Shown here: positions 52,901-64,000 of the stretch, one piece after another | Position numbering within the stretch: the stretch's first letter is position 1 | How the letters are laid out: each line of letters begins with the position of its first letter | Assembly (NCBI GenBank): GCA_964016885.1 | Contig: OZ024741.1 | Span: 370,388,001 to 370,452,000, forward strand | Direction of reading: 5' to 3' | Source of the DNA: Eledone cirrhosa | Taxonomy: Eukaryota | Length of the DNA stretch: 64,000 bases | The notes under the pieces: model-generated | What the model saw: only the letters and a program-made list of their open reading frames with translations | The model's database searches: none | Told to the model about the DNA's origin: nothing | Made by a program: the position numbers and the translations under genes

Positions 52901-54215
52901 TATCATTGTTCAACTCATCTACCACTAAATTTAGGATGTCAACCGAATCTTGTCCTAGCCCGTCAGCATTCATCTCCTCAGTGGCCGTATCTCTGTTCCA
53001 GGTATTATTTATCTCAGTATTCAGATCATTGTCTGCTTCGGGTGGTTCCTCCGCTCTCAGGACCTCCTCACCTTCATTTCCCGCCGGCTCGCTTGTCTGG
53101 CATACTACACCCGCCATCTCCAAGCCATTCTCGCTGCTCAGTTCCTCCAGTTCCAGCTCGCTTATCCACCCATTAGTTCTTATTACCCGAGCCTGCCCGG
53201 CCAATTTTTGTTCATCTAATTTAAATAAACCAATCTCGTTCCAGATGTTATGCATCCATCTCCTGTAGCCCCTCTCCTTGGGGTTACTTTTCAGGTAGCA
53301 TTGCATAACAGTTCTATTCAATTCTTTCGTCCAGTTGGTTCTGGCCCCTTTCCTTCTTCTTCTTCCTCCAACATCAGCAGTATTTCGTTGACAGTCAGGT
53401 TCCTGCTGCTGAGCCAGGGGGCACCTGTTGGGTGAGAGTCTGTCACATGACGTTCTAGTCTCCATTTCACCGTTATTCGAACTGTTTATGTTCGATATTT
53501 AAACACTCTTATCGAGGATTGGCGAATGTATGTTTACATAGCCATCTGTGGATCCGCCATCCCACTTGGCCCTTGTGTGGCATTATCACCACGCTGTATA
53601 CGGACACACATAAACAAACAAACACACGGGCAGAAAGGGCCCCAAAAATGAATAAGCATAAGTTTCATTGTAATGTAGTATTCGAATGTCTGACTTAGTT
53701 TTTGTTTTTTAAGTTTTACTTTTTCCCCCCTCTTCTCTGTCCGTCCGCCTGCTTCTCTCTTCATTCTTATTTTCTTTACGTTTTTGGGGTTTCTTTTTTT
53801 GTTTTTGTTTTTCTCTGTTTTTCTCGTTTTTTACTGTTGTTGCTGTGCTGCTTTTGTTGTTTGTTTTTTCTTTTTTCTTTTGAGTCTATCTATATATTTT
53901 GATGCCTTCCTCTTTGTTAGTAGTAGGAATTCTATAATGTGGAAGTGGTAGCCAGCAGAGACTGGCGGCGTTGGCGATACTGAGACAGTGGTGGTGGTGA
54001 TGTCGATACCGAGGCAGTGGCGGCGGTGATGCGACCGTATTACTGTAGTGATGGTGCTGTAGCGGTGGCAGCAGCAGTGAAGGAGTCAGGGGGTGGTGGC
54101 GGCGGTGATGGGATAGTGGTGGTAATGATGGCCGTAGTGAGCGGTGGCGGTGAAGGTGAAAATGCTGTTGTGTTTAGTGTACACAGATGATGGGGTGGGT
54201 GGTGTATCTAGTTTC
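49998..54215 (-). mobile_element. Dong/R4-like non-LTR retrotransposon copy 2, near full length and intact
   Basis: About 750-nt 5' UTR, single ORF, ~75-nt 3' UTR; bounded by (TAA)n at 49948-49997 and 54216-54286. Confidence 0.95.
50073..53465 (-). CDS. R4/Dong-clade polyprotein: N-terminal Myb-like region, reverse transcriptase, CCHC knuckle, restriction-like endonuclease (1130 aa)
   Basis: Uninterrupted ORF with [64 protein letters not shown]...K..Y. Confidence 0.95.
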   Translation of the reverse strand: METRTSCDRLSPNRCPLAQQQEPDCQRNTADVGGRRRRKGARTNWTKELNRTVMQCYLKSNPKERGYRRWMHNIWNEIGLFKLDEQKLAGQARVIRTNGWISELELEELSSENGLEMAGVVCQTSEPAGNEGEEVLRAEEPPEADNDLNTEINNTWNRDTATEEMNADGLGQDSVDILNLVVDELNNDSGRPINLRFVDRKKLKETTAKVNKVIPYLEARSLHQCNNILKATANTVRKLLGIKARGNNRQERAEPWWKKRLSGQIGEMRNDIGKLESLLNGTLKNIGTKNRLEIKYKTRSKKLNIIIEELKQRIVAKSAKIRRYENRVSQYKQNRMFDNNQKMLFGQLEGKERGTELIPGAEQAKTFWRGIWEQDVRHNAQAGWIETVQREIGEQAQQQTDLSITVETLKGQAKKLTNWKSPGPDGVQGYWIKHLTSLHPKLTAMFNDCLVSGEVPEWLTKGTTVLIMKDRIKGNDVTNYRPITCLPVMWKLLTSIVSEEIYHHLHTNNLLPDEQKGCRKKSRGTKDQLLIDKMVMGNCRRRHTDLAMGWIDYRKAFDMVPHSWITKSLEIFRVADNIRQLLGRSMGSWETELTSTGVSLGSVKIKRGIFQGDSLSPLLFVLALMPLTIMLRKVRAGYKLGRGELTINHLLFMDDLKLFGKSEKELDVLVDTVRIFSSDICMQFGIGKCGVIVMRRGRLSRSNGIQIPTGEMIKEIDSEEGYKYLGVLEADGIKNKKMKELLRTEYIRRVRSVLKSHLNSRNAISAVNSRAVSIIRYSAGILRWNVAEQKEMDRKTRKLLTIYNMFHKRSDVDRLYLRRSEGGRGLISIEDCVQMEKNNLYKYVTYSKEPMLRAVLKEGTVGQGIPKEEITSRRKSSLKGKSLHSTFFEKTEFRDPQTWNWLRRGDLKKATEGMLMAAQEQALKTKWLKHHIYKEEASPLCRICGEREETVAHIVSECKHLAQTHYKGWRHDVMGRVIHWHLCKVNNLPHSEKWYEHRPEAVMENSQVKVLWDFRIQTDKKLEHNRPDLVVVDKEKRSCLIVDVACPFDTRVQEKEREKINRYQDLKWEVKRIWNCHEVKVIPIVMGALGTISKGFQGWLKKIGPFTLFGTLQKACLLGTARTLRYVLNI

Positions 54216-54286
<71 letters not shown>

Positions 54287-54287
<1 letters not shown>

Positions 54288-57200
54288 CTTGAATCTCAGT
54301 CTTTGATGTTAGTTAACTGGAAAGTCCGTTGGAATGAATATCAAGCCACTACCTGCAGCCTCAGATATTCAGGACGTATCGGAGGGTTCTTGCTGTTCCC
54401 AGCAAGCATGCCTTTTGAAGCGTTCCAAAAAGCGTGAAGGGGCCGATTTTCTTTAACCATCCCTGGAAACTTTTGGAGATAGTCCCCAGTGCGCCTATGA
54501 CAATCGGGATCACTTTGACTTCATGGCAGTTCCAAATCCTTCTTACCTCCCACTTTAAGTCCTGGTATCGGTTAATTTTCTCCCTCTCCTTCTCTTGCAC
54601 TCTCGTGTCGAATGGGCAGGCCACATCCACAATCATACACGATATTTTTTCTTTCTCCACAACCACCAGGTCAGGTCTATTGTGTTCCAGTTTCTTGTCC
54701 GTCTGTATCCTAAAATCCCACAGCACCTTCACCTGATCGTTCTCCATCACCGCCTCTGGCTTATGCTCATACCATTTCTCAGAATGTGGTAAATTGTTTA
54801 CTTTGCACAGGTGCCAGTGGATCACCCTGCCAATCACATCATGTCTCCAGCCCTTATAGTGGGTCTGGGCTAGGTGTTTACACTCGGATACAATGTGAGC
54901 CACAGTCTCCTCTCTCTCTCCACAGATCCTGCACAGTGGGCTAGCCTCCTCCTTGTAGATATGGTGTTTCAACCACTTCGTTTTGAGGGCCTGCTCCTGC
55001 GCAGCCATTAACATTCCTTCTGTAGCCTTTTTAAGGTCTCCTCTTCTTAACCAGTTCCATGTCTGTGGATCTCTAAATTCAGTTTTCTCAAAGAAGGTAC
55101 TATGAAGGGATATTTCCTGAAGGTTGCTCTTTCTCCTTGATGTTATTTCCTCCTTGGACATCCCCTGGCCTATTGTCCCCTCCTTCAGTACAGTTCTGAG
55201 CATTGGCTCCTTACTATCAGTCACGTATTTGTGTAGGTTGTTTTTCTCCATCTGAACACAGTCCTCTATGCTGATAAGACCTCTTCCACCCTCAGATCTC
55301 CTTAGGTAGAGTCTATCGACATCACTCCTCTTGTGGAACATGTTGTAGATAGTCAATAGCTTCCTAGTCTTCCTATCCATTTCTTTTTGTTCAGCAACAT
55401 TCCATCTCAGAATTCCCGCACTGTACCTAATAATAGACACAGCTCGGGAATTTACTGCGCTTATGGCATTTCTGCTGTTCAGATGTGACTTCAATACGCT
55501 CCTTATTCTCCGAATGTATTCAGTTCTTAACAATTCCTTCATTTTTTTTGTTCTTTATGCCATCAGCCTCCAGAACGCCCAAATACTTGTATCCTTCCTC
55601 AGAGTCAATTTCCTTTATCATCTCACCTGTTGGTATCTGGATTCCGTTACTTCTGCTCAACCTACCCCTCCTCATCACAATGACTCCACACTTACTAATA
55701 CCAAACTGCATACATATATTACTGCTGAAAATACGGACAGTGTCAACAAGCACATCCAACTCCTTCTCACTTTTCCTGAAGAGCTTAAGATCGTCCTTGA
55801 AGAGGAGGTGATTGATGGTAAGCTCTCCCCTTCCCAACTTGTATCCTGCTCTCACTTTTCGCAGCATAATGGTCAAGGGCATCAGGGCAAGGACAAACAA
55901 CAGAGGGGACAGGCTATCTCCCTGGAAGATACCTCTCTTGATCTTCACGCTTCCCAAGGATTCTCCAGTTGATGTCAACTCTGTTTCCCAGGACGTCATA
56001 CTTTTGCCCAACAACTGTCTGATGTTATCTGCCACCTTGAAGATCTCCAGGCTTTTGGTGATCCAAGAATGAGGCACCATGTCAAATGCCTTTCTGTAGT
56101 CTATCCATCCCATGGCAAGATCAGTGTGTCTCCTCCTGCAATTCCCCATTACCATCTTATCAATAAGTAAATGGTCCTTTGTACCACGTGACTTCTTTCG
56201 GCATCCTTTCTGTTCGTCCGGTAACAAGTTGTTTGTGTGGAGGTGATGGTAGATTTCCTCAGACACAATGCTCGTCAACAGTTTCCACATTACGGACAGA
56301 CATGTGATAGGTCTATAGTTGGTAACATCATTACCCTTGATTCGGTCTTTCATTATCAGAACTGTGGTACCTTTGTCAACCACTCTGGTACCTCACCTGA
56401 CATCAAGCAGTCATTGAACATGGTTGTCAGTTTCGGGTGGAGGGATGTTATATTTTTAATCCAATACCCCTGCACACCATCTGGGCCTGGTGATTTCCAG
56501 TTGGTTAGCTTTTTGGCCTGCCTCTTAAGAGTTTCAACTGTGATACTCAAATCAGTTTGTTGGTGTGCCTGCTCACCGATCTCCCTCTGTACTGTCTCAA
56601 TCCACCCTGCCTGGTCATTATGTCTAACATCCTGCTCCCATATTCCTCTCCAGAATGTTTTAGTTTGTTCCGCCTCAGGGATCAAGTCGTTGCCTCTTTC
56701 TTTCCCCTCAAGCTGTCCAAACAGCATCTTCTGGTTGTTGTCGAACATGCGGTTCTATTTATACTGACTGACTCTGTTCTCGTATCGCCTGATTTTTGCA
56801 CTCTTTGCTACAATGCGTTGCTTCAGTTCCTCTATGATAATATTTTGCTTTTTCCTCCTAGTTTTGTACTTTATTTCCAGTCTATTTTTAGTGCCTATGT
56901 TTTTTAGTGTCCCATTCAGTAGTGACTCAAGCTTTCCTATGTCATTTCTCATTTCCCTGATTTGACCACTCAGTCGTTTCTTCCACCAGGGCTCTGCTCT
57001 TTCTTGTCTGTTGTTTCCTCTCGCTTTTATACCAAGTAGTTTCCTCACCGTATTTGCTGTTGCTTTGAGGATATTGTTGCACTGGTGAAGGCTCCTCGCC
57101 TCAAGGTATGGGATGACTTTGTTTACCTTAGCTGTTGTTTCTTTTAACTTTTTCCTGTCTACAAATCTTAGGTTCATAGGTCTCCCACTATCATTGTTCA

Positions 57201-58540
57201 ATTCATCTACCACTAAATTTAGGATGTCAACCGAATCTTGACCTAGCCCGTCAGCATTCATCTTCTCAGTGGCCGTATCTCTGTTCCAGGTATTATTTAT
57301 CTCAGTATTCAGATCATTGTCTGCTTCGGGTGGTGCCTCCGTTCTCTCGACCTCTTCACCTTCATTTCCCACTGGCTCGTTTGCCTGGCATACTCCACCC
57401 TCCATCTCCAAGCTAATCTCTCTGCTCAGTTCCTCCAGTTCCAGCTCGCTTATCCACCCATTAGTTCTTATTACCCGAGCCTGCCCGGCCAATTTTTGTT
57501 CATCTAATTTAAATAGACCAATCTCGTTCCAGATGTTATGCATCCGTCTCCTATAGCCCCTCTCCTTGGGGTTACTTTTCAGGTAACATTGCATAACAGT
57601 TCTATTCAATTCTTTCGTCCAGTTGGTTCTGGTCCCTTTCCTTCTTCTTCTTCCTCCGACACCAGCAGTATTTGGTTGACAGCCAGGTTCCTGCTGCTGA
57701 GCCAGGGAGCACCTGTTGGGTGAGAGTCTGTCACATGACGTTCTAGTCTCCATTTCACCGTTATTCGAACTGTTTAGGTTCGATATTTAAACACTCTTAT
57801 CGAGGATTGGCGAATGTATGGTTACATAATCATTTGTGGATTCACCGTCTCCGGTGGTTGCGCCGCTCCACTTGGCTCTTGTGTGGCATTATCACCACGC
57901 TGTAGGCGAACACAAATAAACAAACAAACAAACAGGCAGAAAAAACCCCACAAATGAATAAGCATAAGTTTCATTGTAATGTAGTGTTCGAATGTCTGAC
58001 TTAGTTTTTCCCCTCTCTTCTCTGTCCGTCCGCTTGTTTCTCTCTTCATTCTTATTTTCTTTACGTTTTTTTTTGTTTTTGTTTTTCTGTTTGTTTTTCT
58101 CTTTTTTTTGTTGTTGTTGCGGTGCTGGTTTGGTTTTAATGTTTGTTTTTTCTTTTGAGTCTATCTATATATTTTGATGCCTTCCTCTTTTTAGTAGGAA
58201 TTCTATAATGTGGTGGCAGCAACTAGCAGGAAGCAATGGGAGAGAATAGCGGCGGTAGCGATACTGAGACAGTGGTGGTGGTGATGTCGATACTGAGGCA
58301 GTGGTGGTGGTGATGTGATCGTATTACTGTAGTGATGGTGTTGTAGCGGTGGTAGCAATGAAGGAGTGGTGGCGGCGGTGATGGGATAGTGGTAGTAATG
58401 ATGGCAGGGGCCGTTATCTGGCTGTTGTGTTTAGTGTACACAGAGAGGTGATGGGGTAGGTGGTGTATCTAGTTTCTGGTGTTGGTGAGATTGGTGTTGT
58501 TTGGCTATTCTATATAGTGTAGACAGAGGAGGGGGGGGTT
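54287..58540 (-). pseudogene. Dong/R4-like element copy 3, full length but disabled
   Basis: Colinear with copy 2; nonsense codon at 56755, 1-bp deletion near 56372, +1 slip in an A-run near 55545, FMDD changed to FKDD. 5' boundary uncertain (58476-58540). Confidence 0.92.
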
Positions 58541-59076
58541 CTTCTTCTTCCATTTATAACTATTTTCTTTTTTGAATATACAATGTACAATACAAAGTTG
58601 AATATTTGAATATTTGACCCTTATAACAATATATTTTGGGTCCGAATTATTATGGGCTCAAGCCGGATGCTTATTTGGTCATTCTATGAGAGTATCTTGG
58701 TCAGCATATGAACTTTACAGGCGATGCTCGTACATGGTTGCAAATTTCTTCATGGATTGTTGAATGATTGTAGACAGTTTCTGATGTTGTCTCAACAAAC
58801 ATTGAAACTCGAGTTAAGATGCTCATCTTTTTCAATAACGGTGAAATACATAAATATGATATGTCTACATTCTTAAATATAAAAAATAATCTGTGTTTAC
58901 ATTTAAGTGGTTTCGGATAAAAAAAGCTTTTCTCTTTGTACAAATATGGATTTATAATATACACAGATCTCTTCGTTACACAGTGAACATGGGAACATTG
59001 CACTAATTGTACCGCCTATTGATATTAACTGATATTAACTTTTGGTTTGGAGTGAATATCTGTGTATCTATGTGTG

Positions 59077-59155
<79 letters not shown>

Positions 59156-59832
59156 GTATGTGTATATATATATATATATGTATGTGTATATATATATATA
59201 TAAATATGTATGTGTGTGTGTATGTGTGTGTGTGTGTGTGTGACTGTGTGTTTAAGATCTTCCCAGTCATCTTTCTAAGGTTCCACTTCGGTGAATCGCT
59301 AGTTTATATAATTATTGGATTCACCGATGGAATTCTTGCTTCGTAGAATTCTTTTGTATAAATGATGAAAACAATACAGCAATCCCGTACTTAATACACA
59401 CGCTTACACACATACATACACACTTACGCACACATATACATTCACACACGCGCACACTCACACAAAGAGACAAGCACATACGCAGAAGAATACACATACC
59501 GATGCATGGGTTATGCAAGCATAAGCATTCATACATACATACCTACACACACATGCATACTCACATAGATTCATTCGTACATAATACATACGTACATACA
59601 CACTTTCATACACACATACATACACACATACATACATTCTTACATACATACATACATACATACATGCATTCATACATACATACATGCATACATACACACA
59701 CAAACATACACATACATTCACACATACATTCTACATACACACATAATACATATATATATATACATACATACACACTTTCATACACACAGACATACATACA
59801 CACATACATACATACACACACACATACATACA

Positions 59833-59863
<31 letters not shown>

Positions 59864-59900
59864 GTGTGTGTGCGAACAGAAAAAGAGACCAATTGAGAGA

Positions 59901-60100
59901 NNNNNNNNNNNNNNNNNNNNNNNNNNNNNNNNNNNNNNNNNNNNNNNNNNNNNNNNNNNNNNNNNNNNNNNNNNNNNNNNNNNNNNNNNNNNNNNNNNNN
60001 NNNNNNNNNNNNNNNNNNNNNNNNNNNNNNNNNNNNNNNNNNNNNNNNNNNNNNNNNNNNNNNNNNNNNNNNNNNNNNNNNNNNNNNNNNNNNNNNNNNN
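59901..60100. other. Assembly gap (200 N)
   Basis: Run of n. Confidence 1.
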
Positions 60101-61156
60101 TGCGTATGTATGTATGTATGTATATATGTGTGAGTATGTGTGTGTGTGTATGTACGTATGTATGTATGTATATATATGTGTGAGTATGTGTGTGAGTGTG
60201 TATGTACGTATGTATGTATATATGTGTGAGTATGTGTGAGAGTATGTGTGAGTGTGTATGTATGTATGTATGTATATATGTGTGAGTATGTGTGTGAGTA
60301 TGTGTGTGTATGTACGTATGTATGTATATATGTGTGAGTATGTGTGTGAGTATGTGTGTGTGTATGTACGTATGTATGTATATATGTGTGAGTATGTGTG
60401 TGAGTATGTGTGTGTGTGTATGTACGTATGTATGTATATATGTGTGAGTATGTGTGTGAGTATGTGTGTGTGTGTATGTACGTATGTATGTATATATGTG
60501 TGAGTATGTGTGTGTGTGTATGTACGTATGTATGTATATATGTGTGAGTATGTGTGTGTGTGTATGTACGTATGTATGTATATATGTGTGAGTATGTGTG
60601 TGTGTGTATGTACGTATGTATGTATATATGTGTGAGTATGTGTGTGAGTATGTGTGTGTGTGTATGTACGTATGTATGTATATATGTGTGAGTATGTGTG
60701 TGAGTATCTGTGTGTGTGTGTATGTACGTATGTATGTATATATGTGTGAGTATGTGTGTGAGTATGTGTGTGTGTGTGTGTGTACGTATGTATGTATATA
60801 TGTGTGAGTATGTGTGTGAGTATGTGTGTGTGTGTGTGTGTGTATGTACGTATGCATGTATATATGTGTGAGTATGTGTGTGAGTATGTGTGAGTGTGTA
60901 TGTACGTATGTATGTATGTGTGAGTATGTGTGAGTATGTGTGTGTGTGTATGTACGTATGTATGTATATATGTGCGAGTATGTGTGTGTGTGTATGTACG
61001 TATGTATGTATATATGTGTGAGTATGTGTGTGTGTGTATGTACGTATGTATGTATATATGTGTGAGTATGTGTGTGTGTGTACGTATGTATGTATGAGTA
61101 TGTGTGAGTATGTGTGAGTATGTGTGTGTGTATGTACGTATGTATGTATATATGTA
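60101..61156. repeat. TG/TATG compound minisatellite
   Basis: Repeated gtatgtacgtatgtatgtatatatgtgtgagtatgtgtgt. Confidence 0.9.
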
Positions 61157-61224
61157 TTTCGCAACGAATTTTTGAAGCTATCTTTGGTATTTATTAGTTT
61201 TGACAGTTGGAATAGATGGAGGGG

Positions 61225-62591
61225 ATGATAGTAGTGTTAGTGTAGCTGGCAGTGGTGGTGGTGATAGTAGTGTTAGTGTAGCTGGCAGTGGTGGTGGTGA
61301 TAGTAGTGTTAGTGTAGCTGGCAGTGGTGGTGGTGATAGTAGTGTTAGTGTAGCTGGCAGTGGTGGTGGTGGTGATAGTAGTGTTAGTGTAGCTGGCAGT
61401 GGTGGTGGTGATAGTAGTGATGGTGGTGGTGGTGGTGGTGATAGTAGAGATGGCGGTGGTGGTGGTGGTGGTGATAGTAGTGTTAGTGTAGTTGGCAGTG
61501 GTGGTGGTGGTGATAGTAGTGTTAGTGTAGCTGGCAGTGGTGGTGGTGGTGATAGTAGTGTTAGTGTAGCTGGCAGTGGTGGTGGTGATAGTAGTGTTAG
61601 TGTAGCTGGCAGTGGTGGTGGTGGTGATAGTAGTGTTAGTGTAGCTGGCAGTGGTGGTGGTGATAGTAGTGATGGTGGTGGTGGTGGTGGTGATAGTAGA
61701 GATGGCGGTGGTGGTGGTGGTGGTGATAGTAGTGTTAGTGTAGTTGGCAGTGGTGGTGGTGGTGATAGTAGTGTTAGTGTAGCTGGCAGTGGTGGTGGTG
61801 GTGATAGTAGTGTTAGTGTAGCTGGCAGTGGTGGTGGTGATAGTAGTGATGGTGGTGGTGGTGGTGGTGATAGTAGAGATGGCGGTGGTGGTGGTGGTGG
61901 TGATAGTAGTGTTAGTGTAGCTGGCAGTGGTGGTGGTGATAGTAGTGATGGTGGTGGTGGTGGTGGTGGTGGTGATAGTAGAGATGGCGGTGGTGGTGGT
62001 GGTGGTGATAGTAGTGTTAGTGTAGCTGGCAGTGGTGGTGGTGGTGATAGTAGAGATGGCGGTGGTGGTGGTGGTGGTGATAGTAGTGTTAGTGTAGCTG
62101 GCAGTGGTGGTGGTGGTGATAGTAGTGTTAGTGTAGCTGGCAGTGGTGGTGGTGGTGATAGTAGTGTTAGTGTAGCTGGCAGTGGTGGTGGTGGTGATAG
62201 TAGTGTTAGTGTAGCTGGCAGTGGTGGTGGTGATAGTAGTGTTAGTGTAGCTGGCAGTGGTGGTGGTGATAGTAGTGATGGCGGTGGTGGTGGTGGTGAT
62301 AGTAGAGATGGCGGTGGTGGTGGTGGTGATAGTAGAGATGGCGGTGGTGGTGGTGGTGATAGTAGAGATGGCGGTGGTGGTGGTGGTGATAGTAGAGATG
62401 GCGGTGGTGGTGGTGGTGATAGTAGAGATGGCGGTGGTGGTGGTGATAGTAGAGATGACGGTGGTGGTGGTGATAGTAGAGATGGCGATGGTGGTGGTGA
62501 TAGTAGAGATGGCGGTGGTGGTGGTGATAGTCGAGATGGCGGTGGTGGTGGTGGTGATAGTAGTGATAATAGAGATGGCGGTGGTGGTGGT
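61225..62591. repeat. GGT-based minisatellite with two alternating units
   Basis: gatagtagtgttagtgtagctggcagt(ggt)n and gatagtagagatggc(ggt)n. Confidence 0.92.
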
Positions 62592-62606
62592 GTAATACAC
62601 ACTCAA

Positions 62607-62643
<37 letters not shown>

Positions 62644-62720
62644 TATACAACAAGGCAGTACAGCATAATCGAAGCTCTGGTTATATATATATATATACAA
62701 TATATATATATATATATATT

Positions 62721-62801
<81 letters not shown>

Positions 62802-62869
62802 CGAAGACGATGATTGACAAGGCTTAATAAATCGTCCTTGTATAATTATTGTCGGCCCTTGTGGCCAGT

Positions 62870-62991
62870 CTTTACAGACAGAGTTCAGATCCCGCCGAGG
62901 TTAACTTTGCCTTTCATCCTTACGGGGTCGATAAAATAAATTACCAGTAATGTACTGGGTATTTGCTGGCCTTGTGCCTAAAGTAGAAACA

Positions 62992-63045
<54 letters not shown>

Positions 63046-63262
63046 GGGCGGTGGATTTGGCAGTATCGGTAGAGGGTCTGACACCATGCTTTGCAGCAAA
63101 GAGTTACGGCCCTTTATGGTCTGAGTTCAAATCCCGCCGAGGTTAACTTTGCCTTTCATCCTTACGGGGTCGATAAAATAAAGTACCAGTAATGTACCAG
63201 TAAAGTACCAGTAATGCACTGGGTAATTGGTGGCCTTGTGCCAAAAGTAGAAACAATTATTA
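62870..63262 (+). mobile_element. Two tandem copies of the main SINE separated by (ATT)n; a further 5' part at 63897-64000
   Basis: gagttca(g/a)atcccgccgaggttaactttgcctttcatccttacggggtcgataaaataaa in both copies. Confidence 0.88.
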
Positions 63263-63363
63263 TTACACTCTGCCTAGCTCTACACCTCGCTACAGACGTG
63301 AACCTAAACATCGAGTGCTCACCTGGGTGAACCTGCTGTAACTTCACCTTACACTCCCTGGAG
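63262..63363 (+). mobile_element. Solo tail of PLE-type family B
   Basis: attacactctg..tagctctacacctc...gtgaacctaaacatcgagtgctc, homologous to 32781-32880. Confidence 0.7.
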
Positions 63364-63370
63364 TATATAT

Positions 63371-63442
<72 letters not shown>

Positions 63443-64000
63443 CTCCTTCCCTAACGGGAAAACCTTCTCGTGAAATGCACAAGGCATACTCCTGACATAA
63501 TTCTCATTGGTTCTGTGTGACACAGGATTTGACACTGCTGGTCCTCTGCATTAGAGGTAACTCTATTTTTGTTTCTATTTGAATGAACTGGAGCCACATG
63601 AAATATAGTGTCTCGCTCATGAACACGGTGCGATGGTGGGATCCGAAATTGCGACATGGCGAACAGCCTGATCACTAGAACCTGCCATGTATCTCTCGAA
63701 TCCCATGCAACTGCGTTACCTTTTCCCCGTCTGTATTACGATGTTATACTATACAGTATATTTACACATCTTTCATTACCTGTAGAGGCAATATTTATTA
63801 GAATATTGTTGAAGTGTGTATATTTATACAACAGTCGATTGGTATAAATACAATACATTGTACATCCACATCTTTATCATTTAGCACTATACAGTATAAG
63901 CTGGCGAATTAGCAGAATCGTGAGAATGTCTGCGAAGGTTGATTTGCGATATTCGTTCCTGCTCTCTGCTCTCTGAGTTCAGATCCTGACGAGGTCAACC

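Noticed and set aside
50146-57723. Many plus-strand ORFs overlapping the Dong-like elements
   Set aside because: Antisense shadows of the retrotransposon ORF.
58776-58822. Hammerhead-like ctgatgt...gaaactcgagtt (and a similar one at 48658-48700, minus)
   Set aside because: Catalytic core mutated and stem I poor; not called as ribozymes.
61178-62666. DSS/GGG repeat ORF resembling sialophosphoprotein or glue proteins
   Set aside because: Product of a trinucleotide-phased minisatellite, open on both strands and running into (TA)n.
63451-63790. Possible minus-strand exon after ctctacag
   Set aside because: Short ORFs only, no clear donor or homology; insufficient support.

Overview
Eukaryotic, gene-poor, repeat-saturated window, most likely from an octopus-like cephalopod (inferred from the (TA)n/(CA)n/(CATA)n density and the SINE families). 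It contains no recognisable host gene; only two weak spliced-exon candidates were seen. The one intact protein-coding ORF is a 1130-aa R4/Dong-clade non-LTR retrotransposon (50073-53465, minus). It lies in a head-to-tail array of three copies inserted in (TAA)n tracts, the first of which is the tail of a SINE. The rest is decayed CRE, RTE and R4/Dong LINEs, about a dozen SINE copies, mariner, hAT, piggyBac-like, Sola-like and Helitron-like DNA elements, several mini- and microsatellites, and a 200-N gap. The most interesting layer is non-coding: more than 15 short Penelope-like (PLE) insertions into (TA)n/(CA)n tracts. They form long palindromes and carry hammerhead ribozyme (HHR) motifs, including one with a three-hairpin domain inserted in stem II and one in a ~443-nt terminally redundant unit. 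Across five unrelated families they share an ACTC...GAGTRC hairpin located just beyond the end of the inverted arm. All calls come from reading the sequence by eye; no alignments, folds or searches were run.
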